Shown piece after piece: positions 1 through 23,290 of a stretch of DNA of 64,000 nt. Below the pieces are notes generated by a model. That model had not been told where the DNA came from. It saw only the letters and a list, made by a program, of their open reading frames with translations, and did no database searches. This DNA is from Macrostomum lignano (Eukaryota). Position 1 is the first letter of the stretch; each line of letters opens with the position of its first letter. The stretch is from the NCBI GenBank assembly GCA_002269645.1, contig NIVC01000138.1, positions 146,533 through 210,532 of the forward strand, given 5' to 3'. The position numbers and the translations under genes are program-made.

Positions 1-155
1 GTCGCAATTGGGAAGAACTAAGTCACAATTAGGAGGAACTAAGTCGCAATCAGGAGGAACTAAGTTGCAATCGAGAGGAACTAAGTCACAATTGGGAGGA
101 ACTAAGTCATAATCAGGAGGAACTAAGTTGCAATTGGGAGGAACTAAGGTGCAAT
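1..155. repeat. Minisatellite, ~21-bp unit (gggaggaactaagtcgcaatc-like), ~7 copies, truncated by the window edge
   Basis: 'ggaactaag' recurs every 21 bp. Confidence 0.9.
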
Positions 156-1344
156 CGCGAGATTTTTTGCCTGTCTTCTACGTGTTGCAGTAGTGTATCT
201 AAGTGTTCTATATATGGCAAATTTTCGAAGGCATGATACATAGAAGGCTTCAATTTGTGTGCAGCACAATTGTGCTAGAAGAAATTGTTTCTTGCCCATA
301 ATTTTAGTAAACTTGTAAGTCCAACTTGACTTCCTGTCATCACAGATTCTTTATCTGTTGTAACGTCCCAGTCTTGCAAAACAACTGTCACAATACTATC
401 TTGGGTAAATAAATCTTTTAGCATATCATGCTTTGTCTTGTTTCTGTGACTGGCAGTTGCTTAAATCTATAGAAGTACATTATTGGTTTGTTTTTCTCAA
501 GCATCCGGAAATATATCATTAGGTAACTATTTGTAACTGTATAACTATATATCTTTGTCTTGGAGGACTCTTACTTCTTTGGCCATCAGTCTTAGTCTCT
601 GAATCTGAGTCCAAATGAATAGCTGTATGTGATTGTTGGATCCACGCTTCAGTATCAGCATTAGTTGATGGGCAAGATTCTATAGCAATAGATTCAGCAT
701 GAGCATTGTGCCATTGTGGTCCCAGCAAGTAGGTCACTGATTTTTCGCGCTATTCTATTTTTTGCACCTAGCTTAAAGTCACGTGGCATGCAGAACCTTG
801 AAAAGGGTGTACTGTAATTTTTAGGTACAAATTTGTGCCCCACTGGGACCACTGGCCATTGTATAAATTCTGTTTCAAGACATCTAGTTTCTTCATTCAT
901 TTCCAAAACAGCTTCTCTTTCAGCTAAAATTATTTGAGAAGAGCAATATGCGTGGGTTGTTGCATCTCCACCACAAATCTCAATTTTTTCATTCTGCATA
1001 GATAGATCTCTATTAGAAGCAACAACCTCTGGATTTTGTGCTGCCATTAACAGTCCCTCTGTGTGAGCTTGCTGAACATTAAGATGGTGAGTGCTTCTAG
1101 TTCTCTTGAATGTGCTGCAGCTGCATCATCACCTAATCCCTAAGCTGCATCTAAGATTGCTAGTAAATTTTATTTTAATATCCAATATGCACCAGAACAA
1201 TCATTCACTTCTAGAGTTACACAACCAAGTTTCCATCATGTAAAGAGCAATGGCTTTTGCTCTTCAGCTGCAGAAAGAGGGCACTGGTTGATAGAATAGT
1301 CTTCGTGGCCTTTTTCATCCCATTCACAGGCAGAATTCAATATA

Positions 1345-2651
1345 TGAGGGCTGAGCAATAAGTTTCTGGGTGTGTATAGTTAAGAGGCGGCTAACAAAAT
1401 CTGACACAATAGGTGTCAAGTACATTATATAAGTACAATGTTTGCATAGTTTCAAACACACTGGTCATATATAGCTAGTGCAGCATCCAAACCAAGCTAG
1501 CATAGCCACTCTATCTATCAAATTCATAATGGAGCTCAATAGAAGTCATTTTAGAACAATGATTTATTACAATTTCAATAGTAGGTTTGTGGCAGCAAGA
1601 AAGTCTTGAGCAATTGCAAGGAGCTTTTGGGGATGAAGAACCTTCTAGATCTACCATTTTTTACTTTTTTTACCAAATTTCAATGCAGCAAGCAGTCTGG
1701 ATGATGAGGAGCGCAGCGGCTAGTCTGTCTTTGCAACGACCAAGGATAATGTTGCTGCTGTCTAGGCCATGGTTGAGGATGATGCCCGAGTGACTGTGGC
1801 CTAAATAGAGGCAAAGGTGGATATCTCATCAGGATCCATCAGGATGATCCTGCATTCACAGCTCAACCTAAGCAAGATTTCTGCATGCTAGGTGCCTTAT
1901 TAGCTGACTCCAGAGCAGAAGGCTCAGGTGACCTGGTGCTGCACTATGCTTGACAGATTCAATGGAGGCAACTCAAACTCAGTCTAGGATATCATCAGTG
2001 GACAGGTCCTAGATCTATAGTTTCAACCCGGAGACTAAGCAACAGTTGGCCCAATGGAGTCCAATTAGTGGCACCCTACTATACAAGCTTTGGTGAGAGT
2101 GCAGCGTGGCGAAGTAGATAGTGGCTGTTTTTGTGGCGAAAACTGGTCATCTGGCCACAGTTCCACTTGTGCAGCAGTGCACAGTCACCGGTGACTAGTA
2201 TGCCAATGTTTGCCTGCCAGAAGTGCTGAGCATTCTCTCCAGGCATTGCCTAAAGACTCAAGCTCAAGGCATCCTTCTCTATCACAACAATGCCCTGGAT
2301 GACAAGGCTCGACAGGTGGCAGAGTTCCTGGCCAGAGAGTACATTCAAGAGCTTGGTCATCCACCCTACAGCCCTGACCTGGCCCTTTGCAACTTTTGTG
2401 TATTTCTACAAATCAAGCACAAGATGTGTGGAATCTGCTATGAATCACCAAAAGCTACAGTGGAGGCCTTCATCTGGCATGTAGAGGAGGTGCCTACTTT
2501 AGATTGGTCCAGCTGCTTCAGCAAAGGGTTAAAGGCATGAAAATTTGCATTGAATCTGTCTGCTAGAGAGTACTTTGAAAAGATGTAACTGCTTTTTTCT
2601 TTCTAACTATTTCTATCTAGGCACATCTGGAAACTTACTGCTTAGCTCTCA
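1345..2651 (+). mobile_element. Degenerate full-length mariner (D,D34D class; irritans/Hsmar2-like TIR), 1307 bp, non-functional transposase
   Basis: Left TIR tgagggctgagcaataagtttctgg (1345-1369) matches the reverse complement of ctggaaacttactgcttagctctca (2627-2651). TA flanks both ends. Broken transposase remnants: ESLEQLQGAFGDEEPSRSTIF (HTH region), YSFNPETKQQLAQW, LYHNNA (HDNA motif) and HPPYSPDLALCNF (YSPDLAPxDF motif), with stops and frameshifts. Confidence 0.92.
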
Positions 2652-2781
2652 TATAGTCAGGTGCAAGTCTATCTTTAAGTAAAGTATATAATGACTCAAA
2701 GAATACATACATATATACATACATATAAAGAATACATATGTATATCATATATACATGTATATGAGTGCACAAGTATACGTA

Positions 2782-3596
2782 TAGGGGTCGGACGAGATCT
2801 CGATCTTGATCTTGAGATCCAAGATCTCGGGGTTTTCTTAAATCTCAATCTTGACTTCACAATCTCGAAAAAAAATGTCGAGATTCAAGATAAAAATTAA
2901 ATGTTCAAAAAAACATTTCAATCTATAAGAAGCATGCAGCATCATATCATAGAGCCTGATGGTGTCAATGTCAATATTTTGTTTAAATTTTGCATGTGTA
3001 TAGTTTAGTTATGTATGTATAGTTTATATATAGCTGGCATATAGATGCCAATGGTCATGGCTTGCATTAGAGAATTCGCGCTGTTTTGAACAATATATTT
3101 ACTATTTTCAATTTATTTGTAATGTAATACATTTCTCCTTCAAACAATTATTATTCCAACAATTCATCGGCTACTTGAAGTTGGCGTCCAAGATCAACAC
3201 TCAACATGTGACATTGATAGTTTCTTTAGTCTCACTAGTTTGTCAGTTAGGTACCTTGTATCCGCATGGGAGGGAATATTTAATGTGTGATCTGGTTATT
3301 TCAATGAGTTTTATTTTTGTTTGCTAATGATGGTTAGCAATACTGTTTTTCTGGGTTGGCAAAATTTTATTTAACATTTTGAATTCTATGCCTTCGGAGA
3401 CAGTTCTTGGGATCCTGGGAGCTTGTCTAATAGACCTACCGCTAGTAGTGGATTTAGAGGATTTACTTTATTTCACATATTAAATATTTTTTGTTGTTAC
3501 ACTATATGTCTCAAATCTCGATCGAATCTCAAATATCTCGAAGAGGCCAATCTCAAATCTCAAAAATCTCAAAAATTCAATATTGTCCGACCCCTA
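2782..3596. mobile_element. Non-autonomous hAT-type element (MITE), 815 bp
   Basis: Terminal inverted repeat taggggtcggac...gtccgaccccta. Flanks tatacgta and tataccta match at 7/8, consistent with an 8-bp TSD. Subterminal gatctc/aatctc repeats occur at both ends. Confidence 0.8.
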
Positions 3597-4963
3597 TATA
3601 CCTATAAAAGTTAGTTTACTAGAAATATACAGTACAGTATATAGAGTGTAGCCTATAGGGTACAGGCTATAGTGCAGTTTAGTACTGCAGTCTGCAATGC
3701 TACATAAGTGAATAAGTGAATGATAAATTGGTAAAGAGAGTAAGGGCAAGAGAAAAGGAATAGAAATGAGATAATTAGGTACTTCCATTTTTTAATAAGC
3801 CTAAGCACACATGAGGCATGCTACCCCCCTGGTCATTCAGTATGGTGGTACATAGGTAAGTCGCAAATCTAGACAAAACTAAGTTGCACCGCACAGGTGA
3901 AATTTTGAGGTTAGGCATGTATGTATATAAAACTAATATTATTGTCTAGAGTCTAGACCTTGGCAGTCCTAGGCTTAAGCTAAATGTTTAGCTAAGGTTG
4001 ATAACAAGAATCCTTAGGCTAAGCTAAAACCCTTAGATTTAGAATTTACCATCGCATCAATAAATTAAACTAGGCCTAAACTGAATAACAAACTGAATAT
4101 TGAATTATCTATAGGCCCTATATATATATAAATCATAGCCTTTTTATTTTAATCCTATATATATATATATATCCTATCCTAGGCCTAATTAAAATTAAAG
4201 GCTAAAAAAGTAACTAGTGAATTTTATTAAACTTAGTCTACACAGTGGCAGCGCCAGCAGTGAGCAGCTGTGTCATTAATATTAACTTAGTTCACACTTA
4301 AAGACATGTAGGGTGCCCGTGTACCTAATATAGAATCCATTCGACACTGGAGACGGCAGCGGTCTCTTTATTGCCAAAATTAAAAGCAACGGTACCATGT
4401 GTGCTTACACGGCGGACGTGCCTACTTTCTACCTATAACTATAAGCTCCAACATTATAGACACGGCCGCCGTTTACTAACTAGGGGGGCTAACTATCTAC
4501 ATCCATAAAGTTAGTAGTTACACCTGCCCGTTGCAAATTCCTGGCAGGCAACAGTAAGTCTGTAAGACTTTCATGTGATAGATGCATGAGACGGACGGAT
4601 AGATAAAACAGAACGAACGAACGAACGTTCTGTTCAGTCAGTCGATTTTGATAATTCGCCAGACGTTAACATTCAAAAAATATTTTTTTTATATGGAATA
4701 ACAAAATATGTCAATAGCAACGTCTATACTGCTTTGTTTTGTAAAGAAAATATTTTTTTAGCAAAAATATTTTTTTATTTACCTGAAAAAGCAATATAAA
4801 GTTTGATTTAAAATGTTGTTTACCTAGACGCTGTGTGAGATTTAGTATTCAATTTACCACCGAATTTTCAACAAAGTTTTCTGAATATACAAAATTTTGC
4901 AGCATTAGTATTTGGTCTGCAGTCTGCAAATTGCTTTCTTCTTGAGAATTCTAGCCAGAAAGA

Positions 4964-16096
<11,133 letters not shown>

Positions 16097-17264
16097 GCGC
16101 CTTCCCAGCTGCAGACAGGACGTGCATGTAGAATGTTTTTAGAGGCCCGTTTCCTGGAAAATGGAACTTAAAAAATTGACACGATTTTTAAGTTTTATAT
16201 ATTAAGGATTAATTGTGTTCACGATTTCTTACAACTTATCTTTTCCAAACATTCGTCCCTAAAACAAGAAGGATCCATATAGTTTGGATGTCTTTTTTTC
16301 TACCTATTTTTGTTTTAAAACTTAACGCAACAGTCCCCTAAAAAGCTTCTGCGCTGCTAGAGACCAGATTTTGTTTCGCTTTTTTTGGTGGGTTACATTT
16401 GGTATTATTTTGAGAATCCTGATTTTCACGACAGCCAAAAAAGTGTAGATAAGAATGCCCTTACAAGCATAGGCAATGTGGTTGAGTTGGTCCTTAGCCA
16501 AACGGGATGACTTACGTCAAGGGCAGGGTTATCTTCAGTGAGGGAATTCCCCGCTACCGAAGCAGCCAATCAGCTTTTGACGGCCTTGAAGGGAACTCTC
16601 TTTTTTGGGGGGGTTGGGGGTTACAGTGTACACGCGTAGATGAAGTATAATCTACAAGGCCTAGGAGTTGTGACGCATCCTTCGCGGGCATGTGTAATGC
16701 TCAGTGATTAACGGGGTCTGACAAATCCATAATTATATATCTTATATCATTATTATATGAGTTGTGACGATAAAAGATCAATATTGTATATCAACATTCA
16801 AGTAAACTTTGATTTGTTTTACCTGTAAATGCATGTTTGACTATTAAAAAAACACAATAAATTAAGACTTCTTTCTCATGAAAGCTCAACCGGATGCTCC
16901 TCTTATGCTGAGCCTTATCCGAACTTTAAACAGGATGTTCACTAGAGAAATCGAATCTCTGGTCTTTTTTAACTATCTAATAATTTCGCAATTTCTTTAT
17001 TACTTAATAGAAATGAAAATACACAGTTCGAATAGGGGAGTCGCATTTTCAATTCTGGAATTTATACGGTATAGATTTCTTTCGGATATAAATGCACGCG
17101 GTACGAAATGCTTTGGCGACTTCTCCAATGCTGACCCATTCAATTCTGTATTTGAGTCACATTTGCATTTGTGACACTTGCTCGATCAAATTGCTAATCA
17201 ATGTAAGTTTTTGCTGTGTTTCTTTCGGGATCTTTTAATTAGAAATTGTTTGCCAATTAGAATC

Positions 17265-17720
17265 CTCAGAATCCGCCCCTTCCTGCTTCTTCCTCAGACT
17301 CTGCCCCATCCTCAGAATCCGCCCCTTCCTCAGAATCCGTCCTTTCTCAGAATCCGCCCCTTCTCCAGAATCCGCCCCTTCCTGAGACTCCGCCCCTTCC
17401 TGAGACTCCGCCCCTTCCTGAGACTCCGCCCCTTCCTCAGACTCCACCCTTCCTCAGACTCCACCCTTCCTCAGACTCCACCCCCTCCTCAGACTCCACC
17501 CCCTCCTCAGACTCCACCCCCTCCTTAGAATCAACCGTTCCACAGAATCCTCTTCTTACTCAGAATCCGCCCGTGAGGATCCACTCCTATTCAAGAATCC
17601 GCCCATTTCTCTGAACCCGCTCCTCTTCAGAATCCGCCCCTTCCTCAGAATCCTCCCCGTTTTCAGAATCCGCCCCTAATTTAAATCCCACCTTAATCAG
17701 AATCCACCCCTCTTCCGAAT
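17265..17720. repeat. Degenerate ~18-bp minisatellite (cagaatccgccccttcct) containing many CCGCCCC GC-box motifs
   Basis: Recurrent cagaatccgcccc / cagactccacccc. Confidence 0.85.
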
Positions 17721-18680
17721 CCGGCGCGCCCTTCACCCGTTGCCACGAATTCAAACACAACAAGCATGAAAGACAAAGAAAGCAAGAGCCAGGAAGATTC
17801 TCCCCATACAAACAAACGACCAGCGATTGCACGCGACGACCCGCCAGGAACCAATCAAAGCCTGACCCAAATTAATATTGTTTTTCGCTTTTAACGTCAA
17901 ACCCAAACAACGTCTCAAATCATCGGTAAACAAGCATCGAAGGAGGAAATTTTGCGATTTTGCATAAATTGTAATCCGAAACTTTGCTCAAAAGACAACG
18001 TACAGCAGCGAGAAGCAACCGGCCCCCTCATCTATCATAATTATCTATTCCTACCTGCATAAAAATCGCCTTTGAAATAGGAACTATCGAATTTTCTGGG
18101 TTCTTTTAGGGGAGGAGGGCCGGTGGGGCTAATGCTAAAGGTTGTTGTTGGGGCAAAAAAACATGCGACTGCAAATGAATTGTGTGCGCAATTCTGTGTG
18201 AATAAATGCAGACAGACTAGAGCTCTCGCTCTCCGCTGCTAAGGTCCATAAGACTGGAACGCAGATATCAAAAACACGGAATAAGGGCCCGCTAAATACA
18301 TCTCTTCTTCACTGCTTCGTCCGCGCAGGTAAGGACGAGTGAGAAGCGGCTTAGTCAGTCAATTGAGAATGGAAGTTCGTTGAAATACAGACCTATTTAC
18401 ATCCTTATAATTCTGCATCTACCCGACAACCACCCCAACCCACCCCACCCCTTTGACAAACAGAACTTCGTCGGGGTTTCGCGCAGTTTCTAAAAATAGA
18501 ACGCAATTTCGAAATTCGCAACGCACACAAGTTCTATCCTAGCGCGCAAGACGAAATTGAGTCAGTGAGCTAAAAATAGATTAGCCAAACTTCGGGCTCT
18601 TGGCCCCCTTGCTAGGGCTGCACCAGCCAACAAGATCTGGAGGAGGATGAGACGGCTGTTCAGAGGGCCCGGCCCATGCC

Positions 18681-18688
18681 TATTTAAA
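18681..18688 (+). promoter_or_regulatory. Candidate TATA box (tatttaaa) of the zf-3CxxC gene
   Basis: Lies ~100 bp upstream of the ATG at 18790 in a GC-rich context; AP-1 consensus TGAGTCA at 18558-18564. Confidence 0.4.
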
Positions 18689-18789
18689 CTGGGAGCGCCA
18701 AGAATCGCAGGCAGCCCCGAAAAACATCCTCGTGTGTTTGTAAAAGTTACACATCAGAAATAAATTAGAATAGGAAAATATAACGCAAA

Positions 18790-20480
18790 ATGCCAATCCT
18801 GTCATATCCCGCGGGCTCGCAGCCTCTGATCTGCAGTATCCCGCCGCATCAGCCAGCCTCCTGGTACCAGAGGCAGCAGCAGCAGCAGCCGCTTCCGCCA
18901 GATCTAGCTGTCTATTACCATCAGGCCGGCTATTGCCAGGGTGCCACCCAGCTCAGCCCGCCTCAACAGCAGCAGCAGCAGTTCGCTAACAGGCCATACG
19001 ATCTCGGCTACGAGAGCGACACGAAAGAGCAACAGCAGCAGCAGCACCTTCTGCAGCAGCAGCAGAATCCGCCATACCTGTACCCGCATCCGGGTCAGCA
19101 GCCGCAGGCGCATCTCCTGCCTCCGGCCGGCGTTGCCGGAGTTGTCGCCGCGCCTCCGCCGTCGACTCCGCTAACAAAGCCGGCAGTGGTCAGTCCGGGC
19201 GGTTCGACCTGCGATTCGGCCAGAGCCGAGTCCCCAGCTGATGCTCAACTGGCCGAGGTGGCCAGCGACCTCGAGGGCTTCAGCCTCGCCGCCGGCGGAC
19301 ACCGGCCAGTCGATATGGCGCTGAGCCAAACGTGAGCGCTGACAGAATTTGAAATTGAAATTTTGATCTTTCTTAACCAACGACTTCCTCTGTGGGCCGC
19401 TGCCTCCTCCAAGGTCCTCCCTCTGTGGGTCATTGTGTCCTGGTCCTCCCTCTGTAGGTCTTAACTACCCTGTTAGTCAATTGAAGAGAGATGGTCAAAC
19501 ACATGGGTCAGGCATCTCATTTATCAACGCTGCCATCCCCGCACTCCAGGATGGAGGTCGTGTGGCACCAGAGATTCGACCATTTCTTCAGCCGGTTTCC
19601 CCGGGACACCTGGCACCTGACGCCTGTGTTCGACCAGCCTGACCTGCACAACACGGGCATCGCGAAGGCGCACTGGCGCTACTTCAAGGATCAGGCCAAA
19701 GTGCGGTTCATCTGCACGGTGAGAATCTGGTAGCTTTGGTCCTTTGGTTGGGTTATGGTTGGGTCACATTACTCGATGGTTGGGTCACATTACTCGATGG
19801 TTGGGTCACATTACTCGATGGTTGGGTCACATTACTCAATGGTTGGGTCACATTACTCGATGGTTGGGTCACATTACTCGATGGTTGGGTCACACTTGCG
19901 TCATTACTCGAAATGGTTGGGTCACACTTACTTGCGTCATTACTCGAAATGGTTGGGTCACACTTGCGTCATTACTCGAAATGGTTGGGTCACACTTGCG
20001 TCATTACTCGAGATGGTTGGGTCACACTTGCGCCATTACTCGAGATGGTTGGGTCATACTGCGCCATTACTCGAGATGGTTGGGTCATACTGCGCCATTA
20101 CCATTTTGCACATACAGAGCTGCCAGAAGGCGTGGACCAGCATGGGGGGCCAGGTGATATTCTGGATCTATCGGGACCCGACTCGCAACGCTGGCTACGT
20201 GAGCTTCAAGCTCTACGGCCAGAAGTGCTCCGACTGCTGCCCGGAATACTACGAGCACGCCATCTGGTACCAGGAGGAGGTGGAGAAGGTGGTTGAGAAT
20301 CTGTTCCAGCACGTCGGCCAGCTGTACTATGGCTACCAGCCGCAGCGCCGTCGAGTTGACAGACGAGCCGGGCAGCCCAGGAAAGAGCACAGCACGGCTA
20401 CATGCCAGGCCTGCCAAGAGAACGTCTGCCGCATGGGCCAGGTGTTGCGCAAGAAGATGCGTACAGAATTGGCGGCTTGA
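18790..20480 (+). CDS. zf-3CxxC domain protein (receptor-transporting protein RTP / ZAR1-type zinc-binding fold) with Q/P-rich disordered N-terminus, 357 aa. Exons 18790-19331, 19550-19718, 20118-20480
   Basis: GT-AG introns with continuous frame. C-terminal domain reads FIC-T-SC-QKAWTS...GYVSFKLYGQKC-SD-C...WYQEEV...YYG...H-STAT-CQAC-QENVC, the three CxxC plus H pattern of RTP-family domains. No C-terminal transmembrane helix. Confidence 0.85.
19746..20100. repeat. Minisatellite, 21-bp unit (atggttgggtcacattactcg) grading into a 30-bp unit, intron 2 of the zf-3CxxC gene
   Basis: Direct periodicity. Confidence 0.93.
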
Positions 20481-21404
20481 AGCAGAACGTTTTTTTATCG
20501 ATTGGTTAATTAAGCTGCTATTCTTAATTGCGGCCCGATATGCATACATGGATTTCATCCTGATAAAATCGGTCCTGATCCTGATAAAAAATGATAAAAA
20601 TTAGCAATAATTTGAATTGGCGCCAACAAAAGACTTCTGTCGTGCGCGCGCGCGAATTCAAATTTTTGAATCAACTGAGAAAAACTAACCTGCATATCCG
20701 TTACAGACTGCAGCGTTTTTGTCGCGACTGAAGGCCAACCTTTCCTATCATTTTTCGATACATTGCTCTCCCCCAATTCGTGTCTCCGTCTGCCTACTCG
20801 TCAGTAGAAATTCATGAATATTGTGCGATTATTTTACGTTGTTTATAAAAAATACTACTTATCGTTGAGTTCCAACTCTTGCTGTGTTAACCGCCAACTA
20901 GTTCGTAAATAGTTTTTTTTCTGTTGCCCGTCTTTACTTTGTTTATCTCTCCTACCAGCTGGTTATGCGATAGTTTAATATTAATATATAATTATAAATT
21001 GTTCTCTGTAATTGATGTTACAATCCATAGCGCGTGACATTCATTCCCTCATTAGAATTTTTGTTCTTTTGTTACACTCAATAATGTGTCTATATCTATA
21101 TACTTGTGTCTATTTGACTTGCAACATATGATTATCATTACTATTAATCTGTCGTAATTCAATATTGATTATTAATATTTCCATTACAAAGCATATAGAC
21201 ATGTATATAAGCATGTAGCCATTCATTGACATTGTGCGATCTCTGTAGGAAAATGTTTTACCGCATCTAAAAATAAAATAAATAAATAAAAATATCACAC
21301 AGTTGCATTAATGCGCTCTTTGTAAAATTCTTAGCTTTGAAATCAATTGGTTCGATTGGCCTCGAAACCCGTTTTTTATACATTCGGTTCTGATTATGAA
21401 TGAA

Positions 21405-21745
21405 TTAGATTGCAGTAGGGATCTGACTGGATTGCAGTAGGGATCTGACTGGATTGCAGTAGGGATCTGACTGAATTAGATTGCACTAGGGATCTGACTG
21501 GATTGCAGTAGGGATCTGACTGGATTGCAGTAGGGATCTGACTGGATTGCAGTAGGGATCTGACTGGATTGCAGTAGGGATCTGACTGGATTGCAGTAGG
21601 GATCTGACTGGATTGCAGTAGGGATATGACTGGATTGCAGTAGGGATCTGACTGGATTGCAGTAGGGATATGACTGGATTGCAGTAGGGATATGACTGGA
21701 TTGCAGCAGAGATCTGACTGGATTGCAGCAGAGATCTGACTAGAT
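21405..21745. repeat. Minisatellite, 22-bp unit (actggattgcagtagggatctg), ~15 copies
   Basis: Direct periodicity. Confidence 0.95.
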
Positions 21746-22569
21746 TGCTATAACCATAACAATAAGTTGTTCCTTAACTACTCATAGTAGTCACAAAAGT
21801 CTCGCTTTGATTACCGATTTGTTGAACAATTTTTCTCTAATTTTTAGTATAGTTTAACGGTTTACGGCCAGCAAGCGGTTGGTGATACTTGTATATATTT
21901 TGAAGTCAAATTATCTGCAGTAAACCATTGAACTGAGTGATTTTATTTCTTAAACTTAAGTGCGCAGAAAACTCTGTTTAAGAAAATTGCGCTTTAGAAA
22001 TCTTCTATACCTTTAAAATGAAAACTATGTGTTTCTGTGTACAATTTACTTCGCTATGGACTCCCAAACCGCTCAACCAAGTGTTGCACCCACCCTAAAC
22101 TCACTACAGGCTACCTTAAAATTTCATAAATTTAAGTCTTCCTACATACTAAAATTCTTACCTAAAAGTGCAAAAAAACTGCTCAAAATGCGCGATTTAT
22201 TCACTTAACCTTCCATAGCGCCGCTCCAGTTTTTCCAATCCTACTCAACTATGACACAATCGTGTAAAATTTCGAGTCAGAAAGTTAATTCTGAACGGCG
22301 CTGTGCACTTTTAAAGTTAGTCTCTGCGTTTTGTCTGCGAGACAGCCACCCCAACCTCCGCCTCTCTTACTTTCCTTTATTTGGCGAGATGTGGAAAAGA
22401 AGTTTTAAAATTGACTAACTTTCGGCTGCCATAAGTTTGCTCCAGGTAAAGCGATTGACTTCAAACTTAACACAATTTTTTATTCACTTATTATCTGTCT
22501 AATTATAAAGTTTCAACTCTGTAACTCAATCAGAACGGAAACTGTAGGCATGTAAAGTTTGTCTGATTT

Positions 22570-23290
22570 TTCTGGTCGGAAGACTTTTACCTCAAAGGCC
22601 AGATAAAGAATCCAGCTCACGGCTGCTGGTCAGATGAGAGTGAAAAAGAGAGAGAATAGACAATTATAAAAAGGGAGGAGAGGCGAGATAGGGGATGAGA
22701 GAAAGGATAGAAGATAAGTGGAGAGACGAGGTAAGGAGAGAGAGAAGGGAGAAGACAGGAGAGAAGAGGGGAGGGAGAAGTGAGAGGAGAGGGAAGATAA
22801 GAAGGGAGAGAGAGAAAGAGGGCCAGAGAAGCGAGAGGAGAGAGTAGAGGTGAGAAGACTGAGGGAGAATCGAGAGGAGAGAGTAGAGATGAGCGAACGT
22901 TGTGGAGAGAGAAGAGATAAGACAGGAGAGAGGAGAGATGAAAGAGGAGAGATTAGAAAGGAGAGATGAGACAGTAAAGGGAAGAATGAGAGAGAACAGA
23001 GAAGAGATAAGATGAGAGAGATGAGACAGATGAAAGGAGAGATGATAGGGAGAGAGTATAGATGAGAGAAGAGAGGAGAGGAGAAAGGAAAGAGACGCGT
23101 CAGAAGAGGGGGAGAAAAGAGTACAGAGGAGATAGGTGAGAGAACAGATAAAAGAGTAAAAATGACAAAAGAGAGAGGGGGGAGATTTGAGAGCAGAGAA
23201 GAAAGTGAAGAGACGAGAGATGAGAAGAGAGGAGAGGTGAGATAAAAAGAGGAAGGATAAGAGAGGAGAGAGGAGAGAGGAGAGAGAAGA
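22570..23290 (-). mobile_element. Inverted right arm and GA-rich core of the same Charlie-like MITE family as 12285-12665
   Basis: Reverse complement of 22575-22640 (ctcatctgaccagcagccgtgagctggattctttatctggcctttgaggtaaaag) aligns with 12595-12650 (ctcatctggcccgcagccatgagctggattctctatctggcccttgaggtaaaaa). The core 30-mer at ~22680-22710 matches ~12517-12546 at about 27/30. Confidence 0.8.

Noticed and set aside
19755-20117. N-terminal MVGSHYS repeats of ORF 19755-20480
   Set aside because: Intronic minisatellite read in frame with exon 3; the true exon begins at 20118 after catacag
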